The notes under the pieces were generated by a model. The model saw nothing but the letters and a program-made list of their open reading frames with translations, did not search any database and had not been told where the DNA came from. This document shows, piece after piece, positions 8,222 to 17,293 of a stretch of DNA of 45,165 bases. Origin of the DNA: a virus; IMG/VR virus record IMGVR_UViG_3300037126_000044, positions 1 to 45,165 of that record; one strand, 5' to 3'. A program made the translations under genes and the position numbers. The stretch's first letter is position 1. Each line of letters starts with the position of its first letter.

Positions 8222-9874
8222 ATGCCTGAAGTAATCCGGCAATACATCGAAGATCTTTCGATGTCCAAAGCGTCTAGTATCCACGAGTCAACTCTTAAGA
8301 AGATGGCCGCGTTTTATGATCGTGTAGACGACAAGGAGCAGGTCGAGAATGCGATGATAAAACGCTGGGGTATGGGTATCACAAAGAAGAGCGCGGACGT
8401 TGACGGCGTATGTGACTCTACGATTGAGACCTATGTTCACGAAGCGTTCAAGAACAAGGTTCACCGCGGAGAGGTGGACGCGATAAACACCGGATTCGTT
8501 CACAAAATTTCCGATGCAAAGGGGACGCTTTTCACGGAGCCTGGAGGCTCGATGTCGTTGACTCATGAAACAGTTGACGACTTGGAGGCTCCACAGAAGC
8601 TGCTTGAGCGCCATCGAAAGCTTGGCGGATACAAGGCAACACTGACCGCATCTGACCGATTCTCAGCGTACATGGGATCTACCGGGGTAATGGTTGCCCC
8701 TCAGCGTGGTGCACTTCGGTACTACCAGACGAAACCAGGGGATATTCGAGCATTTTTCGGCTCAACAATTATTGAGCGAATGAGTCCAGATGATGAGCCG
8801 GAAGTGCGAACCGTTGATAGGACACGAATCCAGGATGCATCGGTGGTATTGGTGAGACTGGGTCTAGTTGATGAATCAGACTATGCATGGATTGCGATTG
8901 TACCACGAAATACTGAATATGAATATGGCCGGTATGTGGCGTTCACCGCACCAGCAGAAGTCACAAAACTGCCTGAGCCCGGTGAAGAGAATGTGTTCGA
9001 TTATGAGATAGACGGGACAAGATGCAATCCACTGAGCTGGTTTGCACACCACAACCCGGAATACGACGTTCCTGAGATCCCTATTGCGATCATGTATGGT
9101 GGGACGACGGATAGTAAAGAATTGTTCCCCGTGTCGCTATCGCTTTACAGGCTTGGAATTTCGTTGGATGCAAAACAGTCGCACATCAACGACGAGGCAG
9201 ACTTTAAAGCAGCTGGAACGCTTGCTCTTGCGACTGCTCAAGAAGCAGAAGGTAAGCCACTACCGCGGACGCTCACAGGGGCAATTCATTTGCTTCCAGG
9301 TCAAACAGTCGAAGACATCGCTCATGATGCGTCGGCATGCAAGATTGCGCATGATCTTCTCAAAGAAACGCGAATTGACGCGGCTGCTTCGTATTCGGTG
9401 CCCGATTTTATGGCATCATCTGAGGACTATACTCTAGACGCGTCAAGCGGAATCGCGCTTGCCATCAAGGCAAAACCGCTTGTGAGAGACCGTGACTTCC
9501 GAGAGGAAATCAATCAGCCGTTCGTGCGCGATCTGTTCCATATTGAGCAGGCGTATCTCGCTTTTAAGCAATGGGATCCAGAAGACATCATAGACCTGCT
9601 CATGGAATGCGATCAGGTGTGGGACTCCGGAGGCCTTCAACTCCCTCAAAACACTAAGGAGCTATCAGAAGAGCTGCACTTGGTAATGAACGACGGCTAC
9701 ATGGACATCATTGAAGCTATGCGGCGATACTACCAATTGCCGTCTGATGAGGAAGCAAAGGCCATGCATAAGCGCATGGTCGAACGGCGTGAGGAATTTC
9801 CACCGCTGAATCAGAAGGAAAAAGAGACACAGAATCAAGATGGTTTTGTGAAAAATTTGAAAGGTGATTTTTGA
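8222..9874 (+). CDS. portal protein, assigned by size and position
   Basis: 550 aa. It lies between TerL and the scaffold/capsid pair. No portal motif recognised by eye. Confidence 0.55.
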   Translation: MPEVIRQYIEDLSMSKASSIHESTLKKMAAFYDRVDDKEQVENAMIKRWGMGITKKSADVDGVCDSTIETYVHEAFKNKVHRGEVDAINTGFVHKISDAKGTLFTEPGGSMSLTHETVDDLEAPQKLLERHRKLGGYKATLTASDRFSAYMGSTGVMVAPQRGALRYYQTKPGDIRAFFGSTIIERMSPDDEPEVRTVDRTRIQDASVVLVRLGLVDESDYAWIAIVPRNTEYEYGRYVAFTAPAEVTKLPEPGEENVFDYEIDGTRCNPLSWFAHHNPEYDVPEIPIAIMYGGTTDSKELFPVSLSLYRLGISLDAKQSHINDEADFKAAGTLALATAQEAEGKPLPRTLTGAIHLLPGQTVEDIAHDASACKIAHDLLKETRIDAAASYSVPDFMASSEDYTLDASSGIALAIKAKPLVRDRDFREEINQPFVRDLFHIEQAYLAFKQWDPEDIIDLLMECDQVWDSGGLQLPQNTKELSEELHLVMNDGYMDIIEAMRRYYQLPSDEEAKAMHKRMVERREEFPPLNQKEKETQNQDGFVKNLKGDF

Positions 9875-10314
9875 TGAAAATTTCGAAAGTGATGTATGTG
9901 CCAGTATTCATGATCGTGCTTTCTTTCGCTGTGTTCTCAACTCTGTCGCACATTGGATGTGGAGCGTCGATAGAAGATCTCAAAATCGATGACTCTGCTA
10001 AAGTGCAAATGGCAATCGAGTCAGGATGTGCGGCGGCTACCGCGGCCGGATGCTTCAATTCTTCGGATCAATGTGTCGATGCCATCACGGACGCCGTTGA
10101 CGGTCAAAAAATCACACCGGATGCTGTAAAGATCATTCTCGATCTGTCGACGTGCGAGGCGATTCACGACGCCATGGAGCATCTTTCATTTGGTAAAGAT
10201 GATGATGGGGTATCGAAATGGATGAAAAAAAATATGATGCATCGACTTGTCTTTCAGAGGAAGAGCTTGAAAAGTTTGAGCCTTTGTCAGAGAAGACTAT
10301 TGCCAAAGTTCTAA
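9871..10314 (+). CDS. secreted or lipoprotein-like small protein. The C-terminal 30 codons after an A8 run look non-native.
   Basis: N-terminus MMKISKVMYVPVFMIVLSFAVFSTLSHIGC resembles a signal peptide with a lipobox-like end. Confidence 0.5.
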   Translation: MMKISKVMYVPVFMIVLSFAVFSTLSHIGCGASIEDLKIDDSAKVQMAIESGCAAATAAGCFNSSDQCVDAITDAVDGQKITPDAVKIILDLSTCEAIHDAMEHLSFGKDDDGVSKWMKKNMMHRLVFQRKSLKSLSLCQRRLLPKF

Positions 10315-10409
10315 AAGAGGGAGAGCGGGAACGCGATGCATTCGAGGCCACTTTTTATCCTCACCAAGGGATAAACCCTAACGTGCGTTACCGATTTAAA
10401 TGCCGATAA
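10218..10409 (+). CDS. acidic small protein (63 aa), or the -1 frame continuation of 9871..10314
   Basis: The ORF overlaps the previous one by 97 nt in the -1 frame. Its sequence (EEELEKFEPLSEKTIAKVLKEGERERDAF) looks more protein-like than the overlapping tail. Confidence 0.5.
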   Translation: MDEKKYDASTCLSEEELEKFEPLSEKTIAKVLKEGERERDAFEATFYPHQGINPNVRYRFKCR

Positions 10410-10493
10410 GGCGATTCTAAAATAACCGGCATCGCCGATTTACATAATCGTACTTCACGGGAACCAACCCGTTAAAAAGGTGAGGAGTCAACG

Positions 10494-11150
10494 ATGACAA
10501 CGATGAACCCAGAAGACAATGGCGACACCGGAACGACCGGAGTCACAACCGACAACAACCAAGAGCCAGTACCAGTAGTCAGCAACAGCGACATAAAGAA
10601 AAGTCCGCTATTTCAGAAACTCGCCGAAGAGAACGCCCGCCTGAAAGCCGCAGATGAGAAGCGGAAAGAAGCCGAGGCGGCCGCTGCAACCGAAGCGGAA
10701 CGGAAGAAGCTCGAAGGTAAGCAGAGATACGAAGAAGCCCTTGCGACTCAGAAGATCGATTTCGAGACCAGGATCGCGAATCTCGAGCGTCAGAATACCG
10801 AGAAGGATTTGACCAACGAGCTTTTACGCGCCGGATTCAAGAACAGCGTGTTCAATGCTGGTGCAATAAAGGGATTCGACCCGGAGAAGAGCACTGTCGA
10901 GGAGTACGTTAAGGCGCTCGCCGAAGACGAGGCGAACAAGATCTTTCTATACGATGAGAAAGGCGCACTTCCGAAACGTGGTGATGTTCCTACGCCGACC
11001 GCGAGCACTCGGCAGATGTCCCCCGCTGAGCTCAAAGCTGCTCTCCATGACAAGGATCCAAAAATTCGTGCGACTGCAAGAGATCAGGCCAGGCGAAATT
11101 GGCTCAAAACTGGCTCGACCGGTGTTGGAGGAGAACAGAAAGGAAAGTAA
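10494..11150 (+). CDS. scaffolding protein
   Basis: 218 aa, A/E/K-rich coiled coil. Strong GGTGAGGAG RBS. Immediately upstream of the capsid gene. Confidence 0.6.
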   Translation: MTTMNPEDNGDTGTTGVTTDNNQEPVPVVSNSDIKKSPLFQKLAEENARLKAADEKRKEAEAAAATEAERKKLEGKQRYEEALATQKIDFETRIANLERQNTEKDLTNELLRAGFKNSVFNAGAIKGFDPEKSTVEEYVKALAEDEANKIFLYDEKGALPKRGDVPTPTASTRQMSPAELKAALHDKDPKIRATARDQARRNWLKTGSTGVGGEQKGK

Positions 11151-11155
11151 AGTAA

Positions 11156-12070
11156 ATGAGTTATCTAAATTTTGAGGACATTCTCACGAATGTCTGCAGT
11201 GGTGAAGTGTACGATAATATCGTCCTACCTTCTCTCAGTGAGCTCGAGGCACTCTTCACCATGGACACCAACATCAGAGAGGGATCGAGTATCAAGGATA
11301 CCGACACTATGACCGAGACAGCAGGCGGTGGCGCATACACTCGTTCCGACGGCGATCCCGCTCCTCTGGCGATGACGTGGGCACAGCCTACGTGGGTGAA
11401 AAGTTACTACCACGAAAAGGCATATCTTCGTGGCGAGGACATGAAAGAGATGCTCGGATCTCAAGCGGGAGCCGTGGCAAGCCTTCAGCGCGCCACCAAT
11501 CGTGCGGTTGCTCAGCTCATGAATACTCACGTGTGGGGTGGAATATTCACCCAGATGGCTTTGGACATCGATTCGTCTGGAGATTATTCCGACGCCCCTA
11601 TCACTCGATCTACTCCTCTCCAGTCCTATGAGGAGGGAACAACTGCCACAATGACACTCGACTACTGGCGTGGAATGTGGCAAGCAATTGATCTTCGCGC
11701 AGAAATAAATTGGGACTACTACCTAGGCATTTTCGCTCCGGCAGTTTGGAAAACATTCTATCCTCTGGCCGATGCCACGATAACAAAAACAAGCATAGAT
11801 CCGAAAATGTCGGATGTTCTGGCGGCCGGTTACCAAAAGATAGATTCCTTTGACGGAATTCGAATCATGAAAAAATACGGCGTACCTACCGGATTCGTTT
11901 ATTTGGTAGATCGCAGAGACGTTCTAATTCAGAATCACAGCCCACTCGAGCTCACCTTCCAAGGTCCTGAGCATCTGAACGAGGACGCCTATGCCGTCAC
12001 AGCGCGTATTGGCATCAACCTCCGCGTACAGCGGCCCCGTTTTCAGGGGAAACTATACGGAAAGAGCTGA
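11156..12070 (+). CDS. major capsid protein, assigned by position
   Basis: 304 aa. It follows the scaffold gene with a 5-nt gap. No family recognised by eye. Confidence 0.6.
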   Translation: MSYLNFEDILTNVCSGEVYDNIVLPSLSELEALFTMDTNIREGSSIKDTDTMTETAGGGAYTRSDGDPAPLAMTWAQPTWVKSYYHEKAYLRGEDMKEMLGSQAGAVASLQRATNRAVAQLMNTHVWGGIFTQMALDIDSSGDYSDAPITRSTPLQSYEEGTTATMTLDYWRGMWQAIDLRAEINWDYYLGIFAPAVWKTFYPLADATITKTSIDPKMSDVLAAGYQKIDSFDGIRIMKKYGVPTGFVYLVDRRDVLIQNHSPLELTFQGPEHLNEDAYAVTARIGINLRVQRPRFQGKLYGKS

Positions 12071-12078
12071 GGCAAATC

Positions 12079-12450
12079 ATGGGAACTGCAGCAGCAGTAA
12101 CAGCAATCGTGAAACCAACGGCAGCAGTAGCCGGCGGCCAAACCTACATGGGAGTTTTTTCCCTCGCTCTTGATGCGACCGACGCTACCGGTATTCAGAC
12201 CGTGGATCTCACCGACTATTTCAAATATGTCGACGCCGTGATCGTCTGTGACAATGACACATTGGCTGACAACGGATACAAGGCTCAGGCGATTTGTCCA
12301 GCAAGAACAACTGCACTCACGGCAACGAATGTGTCTATTTCATTTCATCAGAGTGCAGGATCTGCGGCGGCCATGGCGGCGGTAACTTCTGCAGATCTGT
12401 CTGATATTGGCGCACTGAAAATAGTCGTTTACGGCCGAAAAGCCGTATGA
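12079..12450 (+). CDS. putative head decoration or minor capsid protein (123 aa)
   Basis: Ala/Thr-rich, beta-type composition; directly after the capsid gene. Confidence 0.4.
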   Translation: MGTAAAVTAIVKPTAAVAGGQTYMGVFSLALDATDATGIQTVDLTDYFKYVDAVIVCDNDTLADNGYKAQAICPARTTALTATNVSISFHQSAGSAAAMAAVTSADLSDIGALKIVVYGRKAV

Positions 12451-12499
12451 CAGCCGGGAATTCACCCGACCAATAATCAAATACTTGAAGGGGCAGCAG

Positions 12500-13138
12500 A
12501 TGAAAATTAGCCTTAGACGTCTCAGAGAGGCGCGCAGTTATGATGAGATGAATACTCAGATTCGTCTCATATTGTCAGACATAGTAGAACAAAAGAACGA
12601 AGCGTTCATCAGTGATTTGATTTTGAACGAGATTGATGGAGGATCATTTCCTCTACTTGATAGACTCCGAAAAGATCACGGAAAGAAATACTATCTGAAG
12701 GTCCTTGGCGACGAGTGGGGCAAGAAGGTAAAGCCAGGGGATGTTGTGAGGCGAAAATTCAAAGAACCCCTCCAGCGTGTTCCAGGGACTCCGATTTCTT
12801 CATCGGTGATCAGCAACGCTGTAAGAGCTGGAACATTTGAGCGAGATTTTCTAAGATTCGAAGAATTCATTGTAGATGAAAAAGGATGCATAAAGTGTTC
12901 CGCAGATGACATGTGGTATTTTCTTACCCACTTCGGGATTCACTGCTATTCCAGGCAACCGTTGTCCATGTACGTGAATGAAAGGAGTACTGATCCTCAG
13001 AAGAATCAGAAAACCGGAGAGATGGGACATCGATTGTATTGGCGATTTGAAGAGGTCGAGACGAAGGAATATGCAAAGCTCCCGATGCTGAATGTCAATT
13101 CGGACGAGAAAAGGAATACATCCGAGAAGAAGAAATGA
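12500..13138 (+). CDS. hypothetical protein (212 aa) in an AT-richer insert within the head module
   Basis: GAAGGGG upstream of ATG 12500; no structural motif recognised. Confidence 0.55.
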   Translation: MKISLRRLREARSYDEMNTQIRLILSDIVEQKNEAFISDLILNEIDGGSFPLLDRLRKDHGKKYYLKVLGDEWGKKVKPGDVVRRKFKEPLQRVPGTPISSSVISNAVRAGTFERDFLRFEEFIVDEKGCIKCSADDMWYFLTHFGIHCYSRQPLSMYVNERSTDPQKNQKTGEMGHRLYWRFEEVETKEYAKLPMLNVNSDEKRNTSEKKK

Positions 13139-14028
13139 GAGAGCTCAGACACAACAGCGCGTCGGAAACGATCCGTTTGGCGTACCCACACGGTTGGGAC
13201 CCGGCAGACATCACCGGTCTGACGCTTACCATTAACGATCGGGCGGGAAACGAGCTCGCCGAGGCGGCCGCTGCAACGCTTTGGACACCCACAACTCTAA
13301 ATGGGGCAGTAAGCGCATACACCACGTCACTGACCCTTGATGCTGGTGCAGACGACCTTGAGCCAGATGACCTCATTATGTTGGATGGGGCTGGTGGAAT
13401 AGAAATACAGACTGTCAAAGGATACGATAGTGCGACTAAGCTTGTGACTCTCGATTCAATTCTGAGGAACGGTTACAGTGACGGGGATGCCGTCTACGGT
13501 ATGTTTGCCGTCATCGAAATTGACCTCAGCGACACCGATGTGTTTCCGGTTGGGAAAGAGCTCGTACTTATCTGGACTCCTGCGGGCACAGGGGCGCCAT
13601 TCACGGAAAACGGGGCGATATTCAAATATCGACAGATTGACTCTGCCGGTTTCGAGGGACTGTTTCGAGATTTGTATCCACGCGCACACCTCGGATTGAC
13701 TCAACCGCGAAACCGCCTGCCATCTGTTTTGAGGATTGCAAAGCAGGAGATCAAGACGAGACTTTTGGCCAAGGATCCAACGTTCGATATAACCAAAATC
13801 AGAGATCAGAATTTAATCGAACCGTCTTTAATGGCGAGCTGTGCAGTTATTTGGGCCCGGGATGGAGATCAAGTGTTGGAGGATGAGCGAAAAGAGTACA
13901 AGGATGCGCTGTTGACGGCAATAGAAACGCTTGCAGCCTTGCCTATATGGATTGATCCAGACGAGGATAACATCCAGGATACTGGGGAAATTTCCGCCCA
14001 TCCACCAATTTTCATGGCAGGATACTGA
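13135..14028 (+). CDS. head-tail connector or adaptor-like protein (297 aa)
   Basis: ATGA overlap with the previous gene. Position in the head-completion block. Helical C-terminal half. Confidence 0.4.
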   Translation: MRELRHNSASETIRLAYPHGWDPADITGLTLTINDRAGNELAEAAAATLWTPTTLNGAVSAYTTSLTLDAGADDLEPDDLIMLDGAGGIEIQTVKGYDSATKLVTLDSILRNGYSDGDAVYGMFAVIEIDLSDTDVFPVGKELVLIWTPAGTGAPFTENGAIFKYRQIDSAGFEGLFRDLYPRAHLGLTQPRNRLPSVLRIAKQEIKTRLLAKDPTFDITKIRDQNLIEPSLMASCAVIWARDGDQVLEDERKEYKDALLTAIETLAALPIWIDPDEDNIQDTGEISAHPPIFMAGY

Positions 14029-14282
14029 TGAATAGGGAACAGGCAAGAAAACAATACTTGAAAATGGTAACAGACAGGGCAAAGCAGATTGCTCTAAAAC
14101 AGGATAGTTGTCTAGTTGCAAAGACAAACCATCTTGCATATGCACTATTGGAACAACTTTCTGAAGCGTTTCTTGTGAACCAGGAACTGGTCGCAGAAGT
14201 TTCAAACTTGCGCGCGGATATGGAAGCTCTCAGGCGCGCAATGAATGGCGATTTAAATGGCTCTCGAACCAATACCGGTTGA
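14028..14282 (+). CDS. hypothetical protein (84 aa)
   Basis: TGATG coupling to the upstream gene. Confidence 0.5.
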   Translation: MNREQARKQYLKMVTDRAKQIALKQDSCLVAKTNHLAYALLEQLSEAFLVNQELVAEVSNLRADMEALRRAMNGDLNGSRTNTG

Positions 14283-15186
14283 TCCTTATCTCCATTGGAG
14301 ATGCAATCCATTCGGAAATCTGACAACTCCTCCTCGAATACAGTGCACGATAGATCCAGCTTATGATCTAGTTAAGGGCGATGGAGAGACGGCGGCAACC
14401 TATCCGACGTTTGTGGATACCGATGTGGACACAGGAATTCCATCTCACTATGATTTCGACGGCGTTGACGATTACATTTCTGGCTGGCCAGAGGATATGC
14501 CAGATGAATACACAGTATGCGCCGTTGTCGACACCGGAGATGGTCCTACTCTATGGACATCAAACGATATGACTATTGAGAACGCATTGACAGTGTCAGG
14601 GGCGTGGGAGGGGGCGCTTTATCGCTTGGCGATATTCAGCGAGGAGCTCTCGTCCGACGCACTGGATCTCGTCGAATACTGGTGGGTGTACAGAGTCCCA
14701 AAGAAAGGTGCGAAAGGCGTAGAACACCGTTTGATTCTGGAGGGGGCATGTATAGCAGCGGTTCTTTCTGCAGAGACCGATCCAGACGAGGATAGGGCGA
14801 CCGGCGAGACATGGTCTGAGACTGGAGTATCTTATGACAATGGGGCAGAGTTTGCTGGTGCGAACGCTGGACTAAGAAAGACACTAACTGGAGGAGAAGA
14901 ATTCTCGGCAATAATATTTGGTGAGCATGCTTTTTCTGATGGCGAATCAGGATTTTTTGGGGCGTCAGATGGACTGTATTTTTTAATATCTGTTTCATCA
15001 GGAATAGTAACGGCTGACTTCTGCGGATCAATATTGGAACTCCCACAGGGTGATGTCTATGCGGTAACGGTTGAACAAGACGAGAAGCCAAAGTTTTATG
15101 TAGACGGAGAATATATCGGTGAAGGATCAACTATTGGTCCATCCGGCTTTGCACTTGGCAATTTCGTAATAGGCAATAAGCTTTAG
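14257..15186 (+). CDS. LamG/concanavalin-like domain protein (309 aa)
   Basis: HYDFDGVDDYISGWPEDMPDEYTVCAVV and ...KPKFYVDGEYIGEGS are the typical entry and exit strands of Laminin_G_3-type jelly rolls (from memory). Confidence 0.5.
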   Translation: MALEPIPVDPYLHWRCNPFGNLTTPPRIQCTIDPAYDLVKGDGETAATYPTFVDTDVDTGIPSHYDFDGVDDYISGWPEDMPDEYTVCAVVDTGDGPTLWTSNDMTIENALTVSGAWEGALYRLAIFSEELSSDALDLVEYWWVYRVPKKGAKGVEHRLILEGACIAAVLSAETDPDEDRATGETWSETGVSYDNGAEFAGANAGLRKTLTGGEEFSAIIFGEHAFSDGESGFFGASDGLYFLISVSSGIVTADFCGSILELPQGDVYAVTVEQDEKPKFYVDGEYIGEGSTIGPSGFALGNFVIGNKL

Positions 15187-15198
15187 GATCTATTTAAT

Positions 15199-16047
15199 AT
15201 GCCAGAAAAAGTATTTCTTGGTACAGCGTGGGAATCTGGTACTCCTTATTCTTATCCAAATATTCATGCAATACTTCATTTCGAGGCTGCATATTCAGGC
15301 GTACTGACCAAGCTAGGGTTGTATTCCCGTGCATCAGGAGATGCTAAATTAAATCTGTATGAAATATCTGGTGGCTCTGCAACTAATTTGCTTTATGCAG
15401 ATGACACGGGAATGTCCTGCATAACCGATCAAATGAACCATCTTGATATATCATCTGCGAAGATTCCAATTATATCTGGAACTAAATATGGAATAGGGGT
15501 CATAACAGATACGCCTGATGTCGTTTCTACTAACGCTCAATCTGGAGCTAGGTCCTATAAGACTGGTTTAAATTACAGTACGTTTACCGCGCCAGATCCG
15601 GTATCCGGGTACACTGATCAATCTCCTATATCGAATGTATTTAGTCTTGTCGCATATGGTGTTGAACCGCCAAGTATATCATCTATAAGCGATTCATTAG
15701 TATACGATGGCCAAACCGGAGTATCAATTAGTGGTTCAGATTTTATGGCCTCTGGAGCTACTCTTGAGATATGTGATGGGCCAGTATACGCAACTGCAAA
15801 TAAGATTTCGCAGACAATTACAAATCAGACGGATTCAAGCATTGAGTTTACTGTTGTTAATACCGTCCCATTTTATGGAGATTGTTATTTATTTATCACA
15901 ACAAGTCTTGGTCAAAGAAATTCGACAGGATATAAGCTTGGGTTTCTATCTGAATTTAAAGGCACTCTTAAAAAAGCAATGGTTTTTAATATAATATTAA
16001 ATGCTCACGAGATAAAGAGTCTCTATAACAGATCGCGAATTGGATGA
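15199..16047 (+). CDS. surface-display-type protein (282 aa) with an IPT/TIG-like beta-sandwich and a LamG-like C-terminal signature
   Basis: PPSISSISDSLVYDGQTGVSISGSDF...IEFTVVN...GDCYLFITT, and an ending of VFNIILNAHEIKSLYN. The DNA is AT-richer than its flanks. Confidence 0.45.
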   Translation: MPEKVFLGTAWESGTPYSYPNIHAILHFEAAYSGVLTKLGLYSRASGDAKLNLYEISGGSATNLLYADDTGMSCITDQMNHLDISSAKIPIISGTKYGIGVITDTPDVVSTNAQSGARSYKTGLNYSTFTAPDPVSGYTDQSPISNVFSLVAYGVEPPSISSISDSLVYDGQTGVSISGSDFMASGATLEICDGPVYATANKISQTITNQTDSSIEFTVVNTVPFYGDCYLFITTSLGQRNSTGYKLGFLSEFKGTLKKAMVFNIILNAHEIKSLYNRSRIG

Positions 16048-16066
16048 TTCGCATATTGGAGAAAAA

Positions 16067-16471
16067 ATGATAATCACATCAAAAATGGTCTTACCGTTGA
16101 CTATCTTTCGAAAAGATCTTAATGGAAAAGAAATCAAAGAGATCATCATGCTCAGACCAGGTAAGCATAGCTACCAAAACGTGAACCACAAGGATCCAAG
16201 GGTGGCCGAACAGCTACGCGTCCTTCGAAAGCACACAAGCAGGAATGGAGTCTGGTTCGACGAGTTGCTTCCTTCCGATGTCGAGCTCATGTCGAAGATG
16301 AAAGGGACTCCCGGGGAGAAAGCTGCGGCGATCAGGGCGGCAATCACTGGTCCCAGCAGAAAGGTTGTGAAACATGCTGCGCGAGCTTCAACGAATGAGA
16401 GCGGAGCTCAAGACTCTGGGAAAGACGACGGTAAAAGTAAAGGCGGTCGGAAGGTATCCGACAAAAAGTAG
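16067..16471 (+). CDS. hypothetical head-tail protein (134 aa) with a basic low-complexity tail
   Basis: GGAG 6 nt upstream of ATG 16067. The last roughly 33 codons overlap the next ORF. Confidence 0.5.
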   Translation: MIITSKMVLPLTIFRKDLNGKEIKEIIMLRPGKHSYQNVNHKDPRVAEQLRVLRKHTSRNGVWFDELLPSDVELMSKMKGTPGEKAAAIRAAITGPSRKVVKHAARASTNESGAQDSGKDDGKSKGGRKVSDKK

Positions 16472-16742
16472 GACGCCGGTGCAGGATGTCGCTCATTACC
16501 AAAACGACGGTACAAAAGACAAAGGCGGAAATGTAACGGCCGCGCGCTTTGTCGAGCGCGCAGAATCAGCAGAAGGTAAATGGGAAGAGGAAATCGACGA
16601 AGCGGTTGAATCGGCTATCGACGGCAATGAAGCGGCACTGCAGGTACTCGGGACACAGATAGCCGACGATATTGGCGACATGTGCGACAGAATACGTACA
16701 GGGCGCCTCAAGGCATCATTTCGAGGAGAAGTCAAGCAATGA
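16374..16742 (+). CDS. tail-completion protein, HK97 gp10-like
   Basis: 122 aa. The C-terminal DRIRTGRLKASFRGEV resembles the gp10-family TG-L--S motif. Position upstream of the sheath. Confidence 0.45.
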   Translation: MLRELQRMRAELKTLGKTTVKVKAVGRYPTKSRTPVQDVAHYQNDGTKDKGGNVTAARFVERAESAEGKWEEEIDEAVESAIDGNEAALQVLGTQIADDIGDMCDRIRTGRLKASFRGEVKQ

Positions 16743-17281
16743 ATCCGAAGAATACGATAAGACCTTGGTTGCTTGCATGCTCGGTGCAGGGGGAGATAGG
16801 CGCAATAGAAGCCTACGAGACCAATGCCCCGGATATGTCCGGAAAGCCAGAGCACATCTATTTCGTTTATCATGTAGATGGCGCGAGACAAGTCACGAAA
16901 CATCGTCCAATAAGATCCAGATCTCTGCCAGATCCAGAAGGATATGATGTAGTCGTCTCCGCTTCTCAGCAGTGGCAGACTAGAGTTGTAATCGATCTGT
17001 ACAACTCAGAAAACGGACTATCGGAGCTCGCGGGATGCGCTGTTGCTGCTGAGTCGGACGAAGATGTCGACATCCAGAATGTGCTTCGTTCAGGCGGCAT
17101 AGAATTTGTCTCTGGCTCTGCCGAGGTCGAGAATAAATCAACCCGCGACGGTACGCGTTTTTATTATCATCATCGGATGGTATGTTATTTAAACACCACC
17201 GAAGGTTTCCGACACACAAAAACAAATCACAGAGTGGATACGGTCAGCTTGGATGACGCGTTTTCATTCGAAACAGAATAG
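16739..17281 (+). CDS. neck or tail-terminator-like protein (180 aa)
   Basis: ATGA coupling at 16739; last gene before the sheath. Confidence 0.45.
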   Translation: MNPKNTIRPWLLACSVQGEIGAIEAYETNAPDMSGKPEHIYFVYHVDGARQVTKHRPIRSRSLPDPEGYDVVVSASQQWQTRVVIDLYNSENGLSELAGCAVAAESDEDVDIQNVLRSGGIEFVSGSAEVENKSTRDGTRFYYHHRMVCYLNTTEGFRHTKTNHRVDTVSLDDAFSFETE

Positions 17282-17293
17282 GAGAAATCAATC

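Noticed and set aside
14636-15130. 164-aa minus-strand ORF antisense to the LamG-like gene
   Set aside because: It has no RBS and an implausible His/Gln/Leu/Arg-rich composition, and it is embedded in a + strand operon whose sense frame carries recognisable domain motifs.
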